Notes under the pieces: generated by a model
Databases searched by the model: none
What the model saw: only the letters and a program-made list of their open reading frames with translations
Told to the model about the DNA's origin: nothing
NCBI GenBank assembly: GCA_002371755.1
Contig: DFGM01000105.1
Location: 19,349-76,752, forward strand
DNA: 57,404 nt
Reading direction: 5' to 3'
Source of the DNA: Verrucomicrobia bacterium UBA3750
Lineage (GTDB): Bacteria > Verrucomicrobiota > Kiritimatiellia > RFP12 > UBA1067
In this document: positions 19,415 to 28,831 of the stretch, piece after piece
Layout of the letters: every line of letters starts with the position of its first letter
Position numbering within the stretch: the first letter of the stretch is position 1
Translations under genes and position numbers: made by a program

Positions 19415-20290
19415 GTGAAAGGGTTCAAGGCGATATTCACTGCCACGCTGCTGGAGATCGCCTGCGATCCTCTCGCATTGTTGATTACGCTCTCTGCGCT
19501 CGCGTTATCCACTTTCGCGGGCGCATTGCACTATCATCAATTCGGCGAACCTTCCAGGATGGCGCGCGAGGCGGGAGTTTCCGCGCTTCTCATTCCGGGG
19601 CTCGCATTCGCGGTTTTTTCTTCCATCCGGGCAATCCGCCGCGAGATGGAGTCCGGCACCGTGCAAATGGCTCTGGCCCATTCCGTCTCGCGCGCCGGCT
19701 TCCTCTTTGCGAAAATGACCGGCGTGCTGGCCGCGTTTTCCATCTTCTTTGCCACCGTCTGGGCGAACTCGCTTGTCGCCGTCAAGGGTTCCGAGCTCGG
19801 GGCGCTTGCCGCAAATGGCGATATAGCCCGGGTCTGGGGGCCCAGCCTCGCCCTCGGCGTGGCGGCAATCGCCGTTCCTCCCGTCCTGGGTGCAATCCTC
19901 AACCGTTTTGCCTCGCTCAGATTCGTGCGCACGGCAACGTTCCTCGCGCTTTTCATTTCTCTGGCGGGCGTTTTTTACAAATTCGATTCTGCGCTTGCAT
20001 TGCGCCAGCTTGGGCTTTCCCTTGCCGTATTCCCGCCTGTCATCTTCTTTATAGCGCTTGCAGGTGCTGCCGCGGTTCGCCTCAAGGGCAATTCGGCCTC
20101 GGCGCTTTCCTTTGCCGTGATGGCTTTAGCTCTTCCGGTTCTCGGAGCGCACTACCTGCCGGACGCTCTTGAAAACGGCGGCTCCGTGCCCCTTGGGTAT
20201 CTCTCCCTCTCATTTGCGGCGGCTTTGCCTCTCGCCGCGGCTGCGTTCCTCGCAGGCGTGGGACTTTTCTGCGAAAGGGATTTGACGTGA
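19415..20290 (+). CDS. ABC-2-type transporter permease
   Basis: Polytopic membrane protein with REMESGTVQMAL, an ABC-2 family-like motif. GTG start 1 nt after the upstream stop. Confidence 0.55.
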   Translation: MKGFKAIFTATLLEIACDPLALLITLSALALSTFAGALHYHQFGEPSRMAREAGVSALLIPGLAFAVFSSIRAIRREMESGTVQMALAHSVSRAGFLFAKMTGVLAAFSIFFATVWANSLVAVKGSELGALAANGDIARVWGPSLALGVAAIAVPPVLGAILNRFASLRFVRTATFLALFISLAGVFYKFDSALALRQLGLSLAVFPPVIFFIALAGAAAVRLKGNSASALSFAVMALALPVLGAHYLPDALENGGSVPLGYLSLSFAAALPLAAAAFLAGVGLFCERDLT

Positions 20291-21045
20291 ATGGCATCAT
20301 AGAACTAAAAGGCGTCTCCAAGACATTCCGCGACTTCTGGCTCCGTCCCACCGTAAAGGCGGTGGACGGACTCGATCTCACCGTGAACGAAGGGGAGATC
20401 TTCGGTCTTCTCGGCCCGAACGGCAGCGGTAAATCGACTACAATCAAGATGATACTGGGGCTTTTGCGTCCCGGAGAAGGGGAAGTGCGGCTTTTCGGCC
20501 TTCCGCCATCCGATCCCGCCGCCAGGAAACGTCTCGGCTTTCTGCCCGAGTTGAGCTATCTCCATCCGTTCCTCACCGCGCGCGAAACGCTCCTTTATCA
20601 TGCCGGGCTTTGCGGTCTGGATACCAAGACGGCGCGCTCGCGTGCAAACGAACTTCTCGAAATGACCGAACTCGTCCATGCCGCAGACAGGCAGGTCGGA
20701 GGCTTTTCGAAAGGCATGGCCCGCCGTGTGGCGCTTGCTTCTTCCATCATAGGCAAGCCGGGGCTCTTGATATTGGACGAACCGACGTCGGGCCTTGATC
20801 CCGTCTCTACGGATGAAGTGAAAACTCTCGTCAAGACGCTTGCCAAAGGCGGCATGACCATTTTGATGACTTCCCATCTTCTCGGCGACGCGCAGGATGT
20901 CTGCGACAGGTTTATGATTCTCAACAAGGGAAGATCCGTCGCCGAGGGAAGAGTGGATGCCATCGGCTCTTCGCTTCAGGAGTACTTCCTCTCCAAGATT
21001 GGCGAAAGGCGCGACTTCAAGGTGGCGCCGTTCCTTGCTCAATAA
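20287..21045 (+). CDS. ABC transporter ATP-binding protein
   Basis: Walker A GPNGSGKST, signature FSKGMARR, Walker B LLILDEPTSGLD. GTGA overlap with the permease stop. Confidence 0.9.
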   Translation: MNGIIELKGVSKTFRDFWLRPTVKAVDGLDLTVNEGEIFGLLGPNGSGKSTTIKMILGLLRPGEGEVRLFGLPPSDPAARKRLGFLPELSYLHPFLTARETLLYHAGLCGLDTKTARSRANELLEMTELVHAADRQVGGFSKGMARRVALASSIIGKPGLLILDEPTSGLDPVSTDEVKTLVKTLAKGGMTILMTSHLLGDAQDVCDRFMILNKGRSVAEGRVDAIGSSLQEYFLSKIGERRDFKVAPFLAQ

Positions 21046-21057
21046 AGGAGGCGCGGG

Positions 21058-22329
21058 GTGAAGTCGTTTCTTGCGATAGTGCTTCTCGAGTTGCGCCGTC
21101 TCTGGCGTTCGCGCTCCATACTCGTATTGCTTGCCGCTTGCGTAGGGTGGATGCTCGCCATGCCGCATCTCGTGAAAAGCGACGGCACGGTCGAAGGCGC
21201 CCGCCAGATCTATGTGCATTTTTCTCTGGGGGGAGCGTTCGCCTTGACGTGCATAGCGCTCGCATCCTCCGGCGCATCGGTTCTTTCCCGCGAACGCGAA
21301 ATGCGCACGCTTTCGCTTGCGCTGACCCGGCCCGTGAAGCGTTTCACGCTTGTTTTCGCACGCATAGCCGCGCTTGTCGCATCCGGTGCGGCGGTCCTGG
21401 CCGTATGCGCTCTCGTTCTCTTCTTCAACGAACGCGATGCCGGGCCTTGCGCACATGTCCTCCATCCCGAGATGGAAAGTCTGGCCGAAGAGGCGAAGAG
21501 GATGTATGACTACTATATGGCGGATCCCGAGACCCCGCCGGAGATAAAGAAAGCGAAGAAATCCGTCGTCATGCGCATTCTGAGGCAAGGCGCTCTCGAC
21601 CACTATCAGTCCATCGGCACGAACGATACGGCAGTATGGCGGTTTGACTCTTCCGCGCTCGCTCCGGGCGCTCCTCTCGCCGTGCGTCTCAGGTTCACGA
21701 ACGACTTCGATATGCGCGAGGATGTGCGAGGCGACTTCTCGTTCGGTCCCTGGCGGGGCGCCATAAGCAACATTACCCAGGCTATCGTGCGCGTTCCGCT
21801 GCATCATGAAGAAGGCGGGAACCCCGCGGCCGGGGCAAAACCCAAGGACGAACTCGTCTTTACGAACAATGGTGCCACTTCGCTCATGCTGCGTCCCCGC
21901 AAGGACATCGTGCTTCTCGCGGGCGCCGATTCTTTCGGGTCCAACCTCTTCAGAGCATGGCTTGAACTCGTCTCCATGCTTGCTTCTCTCGTCGCATTCG
22001 CGGTCTTTCTCGGTTCCGGGCTCGGGCGCTCGGTAGCCGTGTTTACCTGCGTGGCGTTCATGTTCGTGGCAGTGGTCTCGGGCGATGTTATTGAACAATA
22101 TCCCGACCAGTTCGAAACCGATCGCGTGGACAGGATCGGCCTTGCGATTACCAGAGCCGTGGAATTCGCCTCCCGTCCCGTGAACTCCCTCCGTCCCTTG
22201 TCCGCCCTCAGCTCCGGCGAATGCGTGGAAAAGGAAGAAGCCGCGTTGGTGGTGGCGATGGACGCCGTTCTCATCCCCGTCGTTTTCGCCTTTCTTGCAG
22301 CCTTCATCCTCTCCCGCAAGGAGGATTGA
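21058..22329 (+). CDS. ABC-2-like permease with a large extracytoplasmic insert
   Basis: N-terminal TMs, a soluble loop of about 150 aa, then C-terminal TMs. SD AAAGGAGG before GTG 21058. Confidence 0.5.
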   Translation: MKSFLAIVLLELRRLWRSRSILVLLAACVGWMLAMPHLVKSDGTVEGARQIYVHFSLGGAFALTCIALASSGASVLSREREMRTLSLALTRPVKRFTLVFARIAALVASGAAVLAVCALVLFFNERDAGPCAHVLHPEMESLAEEAKRMYDYYMADPETPPEIKKAKKSVVMRILRQGALDHYQSIGTNDTAVWRFDSSALAPGAPLAVRLRFTNDFDMREDVRGDFSFGPWRGAISNITQAIVRVPLHHEEGGNPAAGAKPKDELVFTNNGATSLMLRPRKDIVLLAGADSFGSNLFRAWLELVSMLASLVAFAVFLGSGLGRSVAVFTCVAFMFVAVVSGDVIEQYPDQFETDRVDRIGLAITRAVEFASRPVNSLRPLSALSSGECVEKEEAALVVAMDAVLIPVVFAFLAAFILSRKED

Positions 22330-22389
22330 GTTGCGGTTCCGGCACCCGCTTGCGGCCGCCAAAGTCCGGCGAAGCCTCGCCACGCGGCA

Positions 22390-22418
22390 TTGCACGAGCA
22401 GGGGGAATATGGTATAAT
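22390..22418 (+). promoter_or_regulatory. sigma70-type promoter for nagA (TTGCAC-17-TGGTATAAT)
   Basis: TTGCAC 22390-22395 and GGAATATGGTATAAT 22404-22418. A 44-nt leader with SD AAAGGAG follows. Confidence 0.6.
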
Positions 22419-22462
22419 AAGCGGCACAATTCCGGGAATGCACCCGGGGAAAAGGAGCTAAC

Positions 22463-23620
22463 ATGTCCAAGACCATCATCAAGAACGCACACGTCATCTC
22501 GCCCGGCATCGATATCGAAGGGGCGACGGTTCTCATCGAAGGCGACAAGATTAAATCCGTTTCGAAAAAGGCGCTTTCCGAAAAAGGCGTCGATACGGTA
22601 GTGGACGTGCGCGGCAAATACTTGATGCCCGGCTTCATCGATGTGCATACCCACGGTGCGCTTACATACGATTTCTGCGATAGCGATCCGAAGGCGATAT
22701 ACGAACTTGCCAGGGGCAAGCTTGAAGAGGGCGTGACCACGTTCCTTCCTACCACTCTCACCGTGTCGCACGAAGAACTCGCCCAGGCCGCACGCAATCT
22801 CAAGGCGTATGCCGAAGACGGCATGAAGTATGCGAAGACGCCCGGCATCCATCTTGAAGGGCCTTTCATCAACGTGAAGTGCTGCGGTGCGCAGAATCCG
22901 AAGTTCGTGCGCAAGCCGGAGGTGAAGGAAGTAAAGGAAATCGCCAAGATATACCCGGTGAAGCTCATTTCCTACGCCGTTGAAACCGAAGGCGGGGCAA
23001 AGTTCGCCAAAGACTGCCTGAAGATCGGGGTCGTCCCGAGCTGCGGCCACACCGGCGCCAAACTCAAAGACCTGATGGGGGCCTACAAGAACGGCCTGAG
23101 GCACATGACGCACTTCTGCAACCAGATGACGCCTCTCCACCACCGCGAAATCGGCATGGTCGGCGCAGGTTTCCTCATCGAGGATCTCAATACCGAGGTC
23201 ATTTGCGACAAGATCCACCTCTGCCCCGACATGCTCAAACTCATTTTCACGCGTCGCAGCCTCGCGCATATCCAGATGATTACCGACTCCCTGCGCTGCT
23301 CGCATTGCAAAGATGGCTATGCGTTCACGATGGGCGGGCTCGAAGTGAAGCTGGAAGGGGGCGAGGCGCGTCTCGTAAAGGGCGGCAACCTCGCAGGTTC
23401 GACGCTCTGGATGGGCAACGGACTAAAGAACGTCCATGAAGTGACGGGCATACCGCTCAAGGATCTCGTGCGCACCACATCCTGGAACCAGGCCATAGAG
23501 CTTGGCTGGGGCGACGAACTCGGCAAGGTCGAGAAGGGCTTCAAGGCGGATCTCGTGGTCTTGGACAAAAAAACCTGGAAACCTGCCGCAGTCTTCGTTG
23601 ACGGCGCGCAAAGAATATGA
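22463..23620 (+). CDS. nagA: N-acetylglucosamine-6-phosphate deacetylase
   Basis: GFIDVHTHG, HLEGPF and a C-terminal KADLVVLD-type motif typical of NagA amidohydrolases. Confidence 0.9.
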   Translation: MSKTIIKNAHVISPGIDIEGATVLIEGDKIKSVSKKALSEKGVDTVVDVRGKYLMPGFIDVHTHGALTYDFCDSDPKAIYELARGKLEEGVTTFLPTTLTVSHEELAQAARNLKAYAEDGMKYAKTPGIHLEGPFINVKCCGAQNPKFVRKPEVKEVKEIAKIYPVKLISYAVETEGGAKFAKDCLKIGVVPSCGHTGAKLKDLMGAYKNGLRHMTHFCNQMTPLHHREIGMVGAGFLIEDLNTEVICDKIHLCPDMLKLIFTRRSLAHIQMITDSLRCSHCKDGYAFTMGGLEVKLEGGEARLVKGGNLAGSTLWMGNGLKNVHEVTGIPLKDLVRTTSWNQAIELGWGDELGKVEKGFKADLVVLDKKTWKPAAVFVDGAQRI

Positions 23621-23626
23621 TATAAT
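23598..23626 (+). promoter_or_regulatory. sigma70-type promoter for tRNA-Ser (TTGACG-17-TGATATAAT)
   Basis: TTGACG 23598-23603 and AGAATATGATATAAT 23612-23626. The TGA of the extended -10 is the nagA stop codon. Confidence 0.6.
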
Positions 23627-23646
23627 ACGCACCGTTTGGCAAAACT

Positions 23647-23740
23647 GGAGAGATGGCCGAGTGGCTGAAGGCAACGGTTTGCTAAATCGTCGTACGGATC
23701 AATTTCCGTACCGAGGGTTCGAATCCCTCTCTCTCCGCCA
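23647..23740 (+). tRNA. tRNA-Ser (anticodon GCU), CCA encoded
   Basis: Acceptor stem GGAGAGA/TCTCTCC. Anticodon stem ACGGT/ATCGT with loop TTGCTAA. Long variable arm CGTACGG...CCGTACCG. T arm GAGGG-TTCGAAT-CCCTC. Discriminator G plus CCA. Confidence 0.9.
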
Positions 23741-23794
23741 ACTTTGTGCGATGCCCGCCGGGCTAATCCAGAATCTGAGTCAGAAGGAGGAAAT

Positions 23795-25261
23795 ATGAAT
23801 ATGCTTGCCGTCGGCGCAGTGCTGGCTGCGATAAACGTAGTCCCAATGCCCGGGAAAGTAACGGAAAAGCCTGGCGAGCTTGCCATTGGCGCAGGCGGTC
23901 TCGAGATTGAGTATGCCGAAGATGCCGCGATTCCCGCAGAAGGCTACCGCCTGAGCGTGGGGGCGGATGGCGTGAAAGTGGCCGCGAGCGACGAGGCTGG
24001 CAGGTTCTATGCCCGCCAAACCCTCCGCCAGCTCGAAAAGACCCGTTCCGACGGCGCACGATTCCTCCCTTGCGTCGAAATAGAGGATGCGCCCCGCTTC
24101 AAATGGCGCGGACTGCACTTCGACGATTGCCGCCACTTCTTCGGCAAAGAAGCGCTCATGAAGACGCTGGACGCCATGGCACTCCACAAACTCAACGTCC
24201 TGCACTGGCATCTCACCGAAGACCAGGGCTGGCGCATAGAGATAAAGAAGTATCCGCTCCTCACGCAAATTGGCGCGCGCCGTCCGGGAAGTCCGAAACC
24301 GGTCGTGCTCAAGACGCCCGGCTACCAGGGGTGGGAATCCAACAACATCCCATACGGTCCTTTCTTCTATACGCAGGATGACGTGCGCGAGATTGTGGCC
24401 TATGCCGCGAAGCGTCACATCATGGTAGTGCCGGAGATAGAACTCCCCGGCCATGCGTTGGCCGCCATCGCCTCCTATCCGGAGCTCGGCTGCACGGGCG
24501 AAAAGTTCGAACCGTGGTGGCGTTGGGGCGTGAGCGAACACATCTTCTGCGGAGGCAATGACGCCACCATCAAGTTTCTCGAGGATGTTCTTGATGAAGT
24601 ATGCGCCCTCTTTCCCGACCCCATCGTGCATATCGGAGGCGACGAAGCGCCCAAGACGGTGTGGAAGACCTGCCCGAAGTGCCAAAAACGCATCTCCGAG
24701 CTTGGTCTCAAGGGTGAAGAGGGGTTGCAAGGCTGGATGACAGACCACTTTACGCGCTATCTGGCCGCCAAAGGCAAACGCGCCATCGGCTGGGACGAAA
24801 TCCTCGACGGCGACCCCGGCAAGGAGACGATTGTGATGTCGTGGCGCGGTCCGGGCGGCGGAATAAAGGCGGCCGCCCGCGGCAATGATGCTGTCATGTG
24901 CCCGATCGACCCTTGCTATCTCGATAATCCTCAGGGCCTCGCGGACGACCCGTACGAATACATCAACTACGGCTTTGTGGACGATCTCAAGCGTTGCTAC
25001 GGATTCAACCCCGTCGCCGGCATACCCGAAGCGGAACAGCACCATATCCTGGGCGGCCAAGGCAACAACTGGACTGAATACACATTCAGCCAAGCCGAAT
25101 ACGAATGGAAGATTTGGCCGAGAATGGGCGCTCTCGCAGAATGTCTCTGGTCAGACCCCGCCCGTAAAGATTGGGATTCTTTCCTGGTCCGCATGGGCGA
25201 CATGCGTAAGCGACTAATCCGCGAACTGCACATCAATTGCGCCCCCTTGCACAACCCCTAG
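23795..25261 (+). CDS. beta-N-acetylhexosaminidase (GH20)
   Basis: HWHLTEDQGWR and HIGGDE catalytic region. Start set at ATG 23795 after SD AGGAGG. Confidence 0.9.
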   Translation: MNMLAVGAVLAAINVVPMPGKVTEKPGELAIGAGGLEIEYAEDAAIPAEGYRLSVGADGVKVAASDEAGRFYARQTLRQLEKTRSDGARFLPCVEIEDAPRFKWRGLHFDDCRHFFGKEALMKTLDAMALHKLNVLHWHLTEDQGWRIEIKKYPLLTQIGARRPGSPKPVVLKTPGYQGWESNNIPYGPFFYTQDDVREIVAYAAKRHIMVVPEIELPGHALAAIASYPELGCTGEKFEPWWRWGVSEHIFCGGNDATIKFLEDVLDEVCALFPDPIVHIGGDEAPKTVWKTCPKCQKRISELGLKGEEGLQGWMTDHFTRYLAAKGKRAIGWDEILDGDPGKETIVMSWRGPGGGIKAAARGNDAVMCPIDPCYLDNPQGLADDPYEYINYGFVDDLKRCYGFNPVAGIPEAEQHHILGGQGNNWTEYTFSQAEYEWKIWPRMGALAECLWSDPARKDWDSFLVRMGDMRKRLIRELHINCAPLHNP

Positions 25262-25276
25262 GGAATATGGTATAAT
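25247..25276 (+). promoter_or_regulatory. sigma70-type promoter for the PAS gene (TTGCAC-18-TGGTATAAT)
   Basis: TTGCAC 25247-25252 and GGAATATGGTATAAT 25262-25276. ATG 25287 lies 10 nt after the -10. Confidence 0.6.
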
Positions 25277-25286
25277 ATAAGGCCGT

Positions 25287-26006
25287 ATGGCACCTTTATT
25301 CGTACCTAAGGACAGGAAATCGCTATTCCGCCAGTTTCTGGCAGGAATGTACGATGCCGTTATCATTACCGACCCCAACGGACATATCTTGGAATCCAAC
25401 CCCCGTGCTGAAGAGCACTTCGGCTATCAGCAGGAAGAGACGTTGGATAAGCCCATTTCCATGTTGATTCCCGGGCTTTCCCCCGAAATTGTCCAGCGTA
25501 TCAGGCGCGGGCTTGATGACGACCGCCATATGATGCTCGATGCAAACGGGCTCAACAAGGACGGCTCGAAGTTTGCTTGCGAGGTTACGGTTTCAGTGAT
25601 TGACCTGATGGACCCCGGCGATTTGGTCTTTACCGTCCGCAATGTCGAAAAGCGCCGCAATACGATAGAGACTCTGCGCGCCCAGGCCGGAGCATTCTCG
25701 ATTTCGCCGTGCGCTCTTTTCTCCTGTGCGCCGGATGGGCGTTTCACCAATGTAAACCAATCTTTCCTGGAACTCTTCGGTCTGGAAGACGATGCCGCGG
25801 CCAAGACGAAGTTTTTCGTCGATTTCATGTCCGACGAGCCGCTTCCTGCCAATTTCAAGAAGGCGCTTGAAGGCGAAACGACTACGGTCGGAATCGTTGC
25901 AGAGGCAGATGAAGGGGAGGACGCGAGCGAAATCGAAATTACGCTTGCACCCAATCGTGTCGGACGCAAGATCAGAGGCGTTGTCGGCAGCGTGCTGAAA
26001 GTCTGA
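25287..26006 (+). CDS. tandem PAS-domain protein without an output domain
   Basis: YDAVIITDPNGHILESNPRAEEHFGY is a typical PAS N-cap and core. A second PAS-like half follows (ALFSCAPDGRFTNVNQSFLELFG). Confidence 0.7.
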   Translation: MAPLFVPKDRKSLFRQFLAGMYDAVIITDPNGHILESNPRAEEHFGYQQEETLDKPISMLIPGLSPEIVQRIRRGLDDDRHMMLDANGLNKDGSKFACEVTVSVIDLMDPGDLVFTVRNVEKRRNTIETLRAQAGAFSISPCALFSCAPDGRFTNVNQSFLELFGLEDDAAAKTKFFVDFMSDEPLPANFKKALEGETTTVGIVAEADEGEDASEIEITLAPNRVGRKIRGVVGSVLKV

Positions 26007-26015
26007 GGCATTCCC

Positions 26016-26945
26016 ATGCGCCAGGCACCACGCCATGCAGCGGGCGTAGCCGCCCTAACGGTCGCTAAATCAGACCCTAAGTTTCTTCAAGACTTTCTGT
26101 CGGCGAAGTTCAACCTCTCGCGCCGCAGCGCCAAGGCCGTCATCGACGGGCGCAATGTGTGGGTGAACCGCAAATGCGTCTGGATTGCACGCTACAATCT
26201 CGATACCGGAGACAAGGTGGAAGTGCCTTCTGCCATTATCAAGGCTGCCGCCGCACAGACGGGGGGCGCCCCTGACCGGAAATCGGGCCGAACCGCAGCT
26301 TTGAAGCCGGCAGAGTCCAGGCGTCACATCAGGGTGCTCTGGCAGAACGAAAACTATCTCGTCTGCGATAAACCATCCGGAATGGTCAGTTGCGACGACC
26401 CGAAAAGCGTCGAAGCCGCATTGCGGGTGCAAGAAAGCATCCCCACACTCGAGGCCGTGCATAGGCTTGACCGCGATACGACGGGCTGCCTTTTGTTCGC
26501 AAAATGCCATGCCGCCCTCGTCGCGGCCATTGAAATCTTCAAAACCCACAAAGTGACGAAGATATATCATGCGATTTCGGCAGGCTCTTTCAAACTGCCG
26601 CGTATGCGTATTGATGCTCCCTTGGACGGACAAAACGCCGTGTCGAATGTGGTGCGCGAGGCCGTCTCGGCCGATGCTTCGTTCCTGCGGGTGCGAATCG
26701 AAACCGGCCGCACGAATCAGATTCGCCGCCACTTGTCCTCTGTTCGTCATCCGATAGTGGGAGATAGGGTATTTGGCCTAAAATCGGCCCGAGACGCGAG
26801 ATTTATGGAAATACCGCGCCAGATGCTTCACGCTTCCACCCTTTCTCTCCCAGATCCCATGGCAAAGGGCAAGGAAATAAAAGTGCACGCCCCGCTTCCG
26901 GCGGATTTCCGAGCCACCCTCCGCCTCTTCGGCATGGGTAAGTAG
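26016..26945 (+). CDS. RluA-family pseudouridine synthase with an S4-like N-terminal domain
   Basis: HRLDRDTTGCLLFAK catalytic Asp motif, an S4-like segment RRSAKAVIDGRNVWVN, and a C-terminal GRTNQIRRHL motif. Confidence 0.85.
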   Translation: MRQAPRHAAGVAALTVAKSDPKFLQDFLSAKFNLSRRSAKAVIDGRNVWVNRKCVWIARYNLDTGDKVEVPSAIIKAAAAQTGGAPDRKSGRTAALKPAESRRHIRVLWQNENYLVCDKPSGMVSCDDPKSVEAALRVQESIPTLEAVHRLDRDTTGCLLFAKCHAALVAAIEIFKTHKVTKIYHAISAGSFKLPRMRIDAPLDGQNAVSNVVREAVSADASFLRVRIETGRTNQIRRHLSSVRHPIVGDRVFGLKSARDARFMEIPRQMLHASTLSLPDPMAKGKEIKVHAPLPADFRATLRLFGMGK

Positions 26946-27328
26946 CAAAGATGTATGCCCTGAAGAGTCAGCGTGCCGCCGCCGTTGATTTCACGGGCGT
27001 AGATTACGCGAGCGGTGTTCCCGGCGTCCGTCTTGAGGGTCGCCGCTGTTCCGGACTCTACGGTTATGTTTGAGACGCAGGCGCCGTCTCTGTTGAGGAG
27101 AATTGAAGTTTCGTCGGGCAGAATCGCCACATCATCGCTTTGCGGATAGGTGTTCGTGACTTCCCCTACTGCCTCCCAAGCGCCTTCCGTTAGCCACTTC
27201 CCTGTCGAATTGTCTCCAATCCACCTGTAGGTATCCTCGGACGCATTTGCAGTCGCAGACGTCATTGCGCACGCGAGGGCGAGTAGCGTCGAGGCGGCGA
27301 GAAGGGTTGGCTTTTGGTGATGTTTCAT
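26828..27328 (-). pseudogene. truncated N-terminal fragment of a PATR/beta-helix surface protein (paralogue of the 34519 giant gene)
   Basis: Signal peptide MKHHQKPTLLAASTLLALACAMTSATA. YRWIGDNSTGKW...W resembles YEWGDSASGNWSDAANW of the giant protein. The first GGGTLTLQG repeat is followed by a reading frame that is simply antisense to the rluA-family 3' end (118-nt convergent overlap). Confidence 0.4.
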
Positions 27329-27360
27329 GGCATATTCCTCCTTTGGTCAAGTTCACGGAT

Positions 27361-27369
27361 ATTATAGCA
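27361..27369 (-). promoter_or_regulatory. extended -10 element (TGCTATAAT) upstream of the truncated surface-protein gene
   Basis: Minus strand reads CGCAAATGCTATAAT. A 32-nt leader with SD AAGGAGG precedes ATG 27328. The -35 is weak (TTCAAT). Confidence 0.45.
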
Positions 27370-27428
27370 TTTGCGGTGTGGCGATTGAAGTCCCACCTTG
27401 GTGTGAGAGCGTGGTGTGTGGGGATGAT

Positions 27429-27457
27429 GGGGGAACAGGCGAGACGCCCGTTCCCCC
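27429..27457 (-). terminator. hairpin downstream of ribBA (possible bidirectional terminator)
   Basis: GGGGGAAC-A-GGCG-AGA-CGCC-C-GTTCCCCC forms 8+4 bp of stem, 25 nt after the ribBA stop. No clear U-tract. Confidence 0.45.
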
Positions 27458-27481
27458 AGTTGCATTATTCCTCTAGTTGTC

Positions 27482-28678
27482 TCAGAGGATGTGGCCCATC
27501 TTGGCTTTTTTCGTTTCCAGATAGCGCCTGTCGTATTCGTTGGGCTTGATGACGATAGGCTCGCGCTTGACGATTTCGATGCCGTAGCCGTCGAGTCCCT
27601 TGATTTTGCAAGGGTTGTTCGTCATGAGACGTATGCGTCTTATGCCCATGTCGACCAGCATCTGCGCGCCTTCGCCATAGTCGCGCAAATCGGGCGCGAA
27701 TCCGAGGGCGACGTTTGCTTCCACGGTGTCAAGCCCCTCTTCTTGTTTGCGATAGGCGTGGAGTTTGTTGGCAAGGCCTATACCGCGCCCCTCCTGGCGC
27801 ATGTAGAGGATGGCGCCGCGCCCCTCTCGCTCTATCGTCTCCATCGCCTTGTGGAGCTGTGGCCCGCAATCGCATCGTTCGCTGCCGAGTACGTCGCCGG
27901 TGAAGCATTCCGAATGCACTCGCACAAGCACGGGTTCGCCATCGGATACATCGCCCTTGATAAGCGCGAGATGCTCCAGCCCTGTGATGCGCGAACGGTA
28001 CATCCTGAGGCGGAAGTGCCCGTGCGCCGTCGGCAGATCCACGTCTTCCACCGGCTCGACGAGCTTGTCGAAGCGCCTGCGGTAGGCGATGAGGTCGGCA
28101 ATCGTCATCATCTTCAGGTGGTGTGTGGCGGCAAAGGCGCGGACATCTTCAAGGCGCGCCATGGTGCCGTCGTCCTTCATGATTTCGCAGCAAAGCCCCA
28201 CTTCCTTAAGGCCGGCAAGGCGGCAAAGGTCTACGGTGGCTTCCGTGTGGCCTGCTCTCTTGAGCACGCCGCCCTCGCGTGCGCGCAGCGGGAACATGTG
28301 GCCGGGACGGCGGAAATCTTCGCCTTTGACGCCGTCGCGCACGCATTCGCGCGCCGTGAAGCCGCGTTCCTCCGCGGAAATCCCGGTGGTCGTGCGCACG
28401 GAGTCTATGGACACCGTGAAGGCGGTTTGGTGGTTGTCCGTGTTCTGGTTGACCATCTGCGGCAGGTCGAGGCGTTTGCACCATTCGCCTGACATTGGCA
28501 TGCAGATGAGCCCGCGGGCGTATTTCGCCATAAAGTTCACGTTCTCGGTAGTCGCAAACTGGGCTGCGCAGATGCAGTCTCCTTCGTTTTCGCGGTCTGC
28601 ATCGTCCGTCACAAGCACTATTTCACCGGCGGCAAGAGCCTTGAGGCATTCTTCTACTGTATTGAAGTCGTTGTCCAT
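27482..28678 (-). CDS. ribBA: bifunctional 3,4-dihydroxy-2-butanone-4-phosphate synthase / GTP cyclohydrolase II
   Basis: The N-terminal half is DHBP synthase (DRENEGD). The C-terminal half is GCH-II (HSECFTGDVLGSERCDCGPQL). Confidence 0.95.
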   Translation of the reverse strand: MDNDFNTVEECLKALAAGEIVLVTDDADRENEGDCICAAQFATTENVNFMAKYARGLICMPMSGEWCKRLDLPQMVNQNTDNHQTAFTVSIDSVRTTTGISAEERGFTARECVRDGVKGEDFRRPGHMFPLRAREGGVLKRAGHTEATVDLCRLAGLKEVGLCCEIMKDDGTMARLEDVRAFAATHHLKMMTIADLIAYRRRFDKLVEPVEDVDLPTAHGHFRLRMYRSRITGLEHLALIKGDVSDGEPVLVRVHSECFTGDVLGSERCDCGPQLHKAMETIEREGRGAILYMRQEGRGIGLANKLHAYRKQEEGLDTVEANVALGFAPDLRDYGEGAQMLVDMGIRRIRLMTNNPCKIKGLDGYGIEIVKREPIVIKPNEYDRRYLETKKAKMGHIL

Positions 28679-28689
28679 GGTTGAAGGAT

Positions 28690-28718
28690 ATTATAGCATT
28701 TTCCCCGCCGCCTTGCAA
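28690..28718 (-). promoter_or_regulatory. sigma70-type promoter for ribBA (TTGCAA-17-TGCTATAAT)
   Basis: Minus strand reads TTGCAA (28718-28713), then GGAAAATGCTATAAT (28704-28690). ATG 28678 lies 11 nt after the -10. Confidence 0.55.
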
Positions 28719-28831
28719 AAGCAACGCCCTGCCGCCAGAAATTGCAAACCATGGGAGTCCGTCACGCAGGTTTTTGTCTCACGCAGAGGTGCACATGGCG
28801 TTTTGGCTTCGCAACTCCTATGGCGTTCCCC

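Noticed and set aside
23647-25261. Genomic island or prophage integrated at tRNA-Ser.
   Set aside because: There is no integrase gene. I noticed no direct repeat of the tRNA 3' end downstream. The next gene (GH20 hexosaminidase) fits functionally with nagA upstream.
28679-28720. FMN riboswitch upstream of ribBA.
   Set aside because: The predicted -10 box ends 11 nt before the ATG, which leaves no room for a riboswitch leader.
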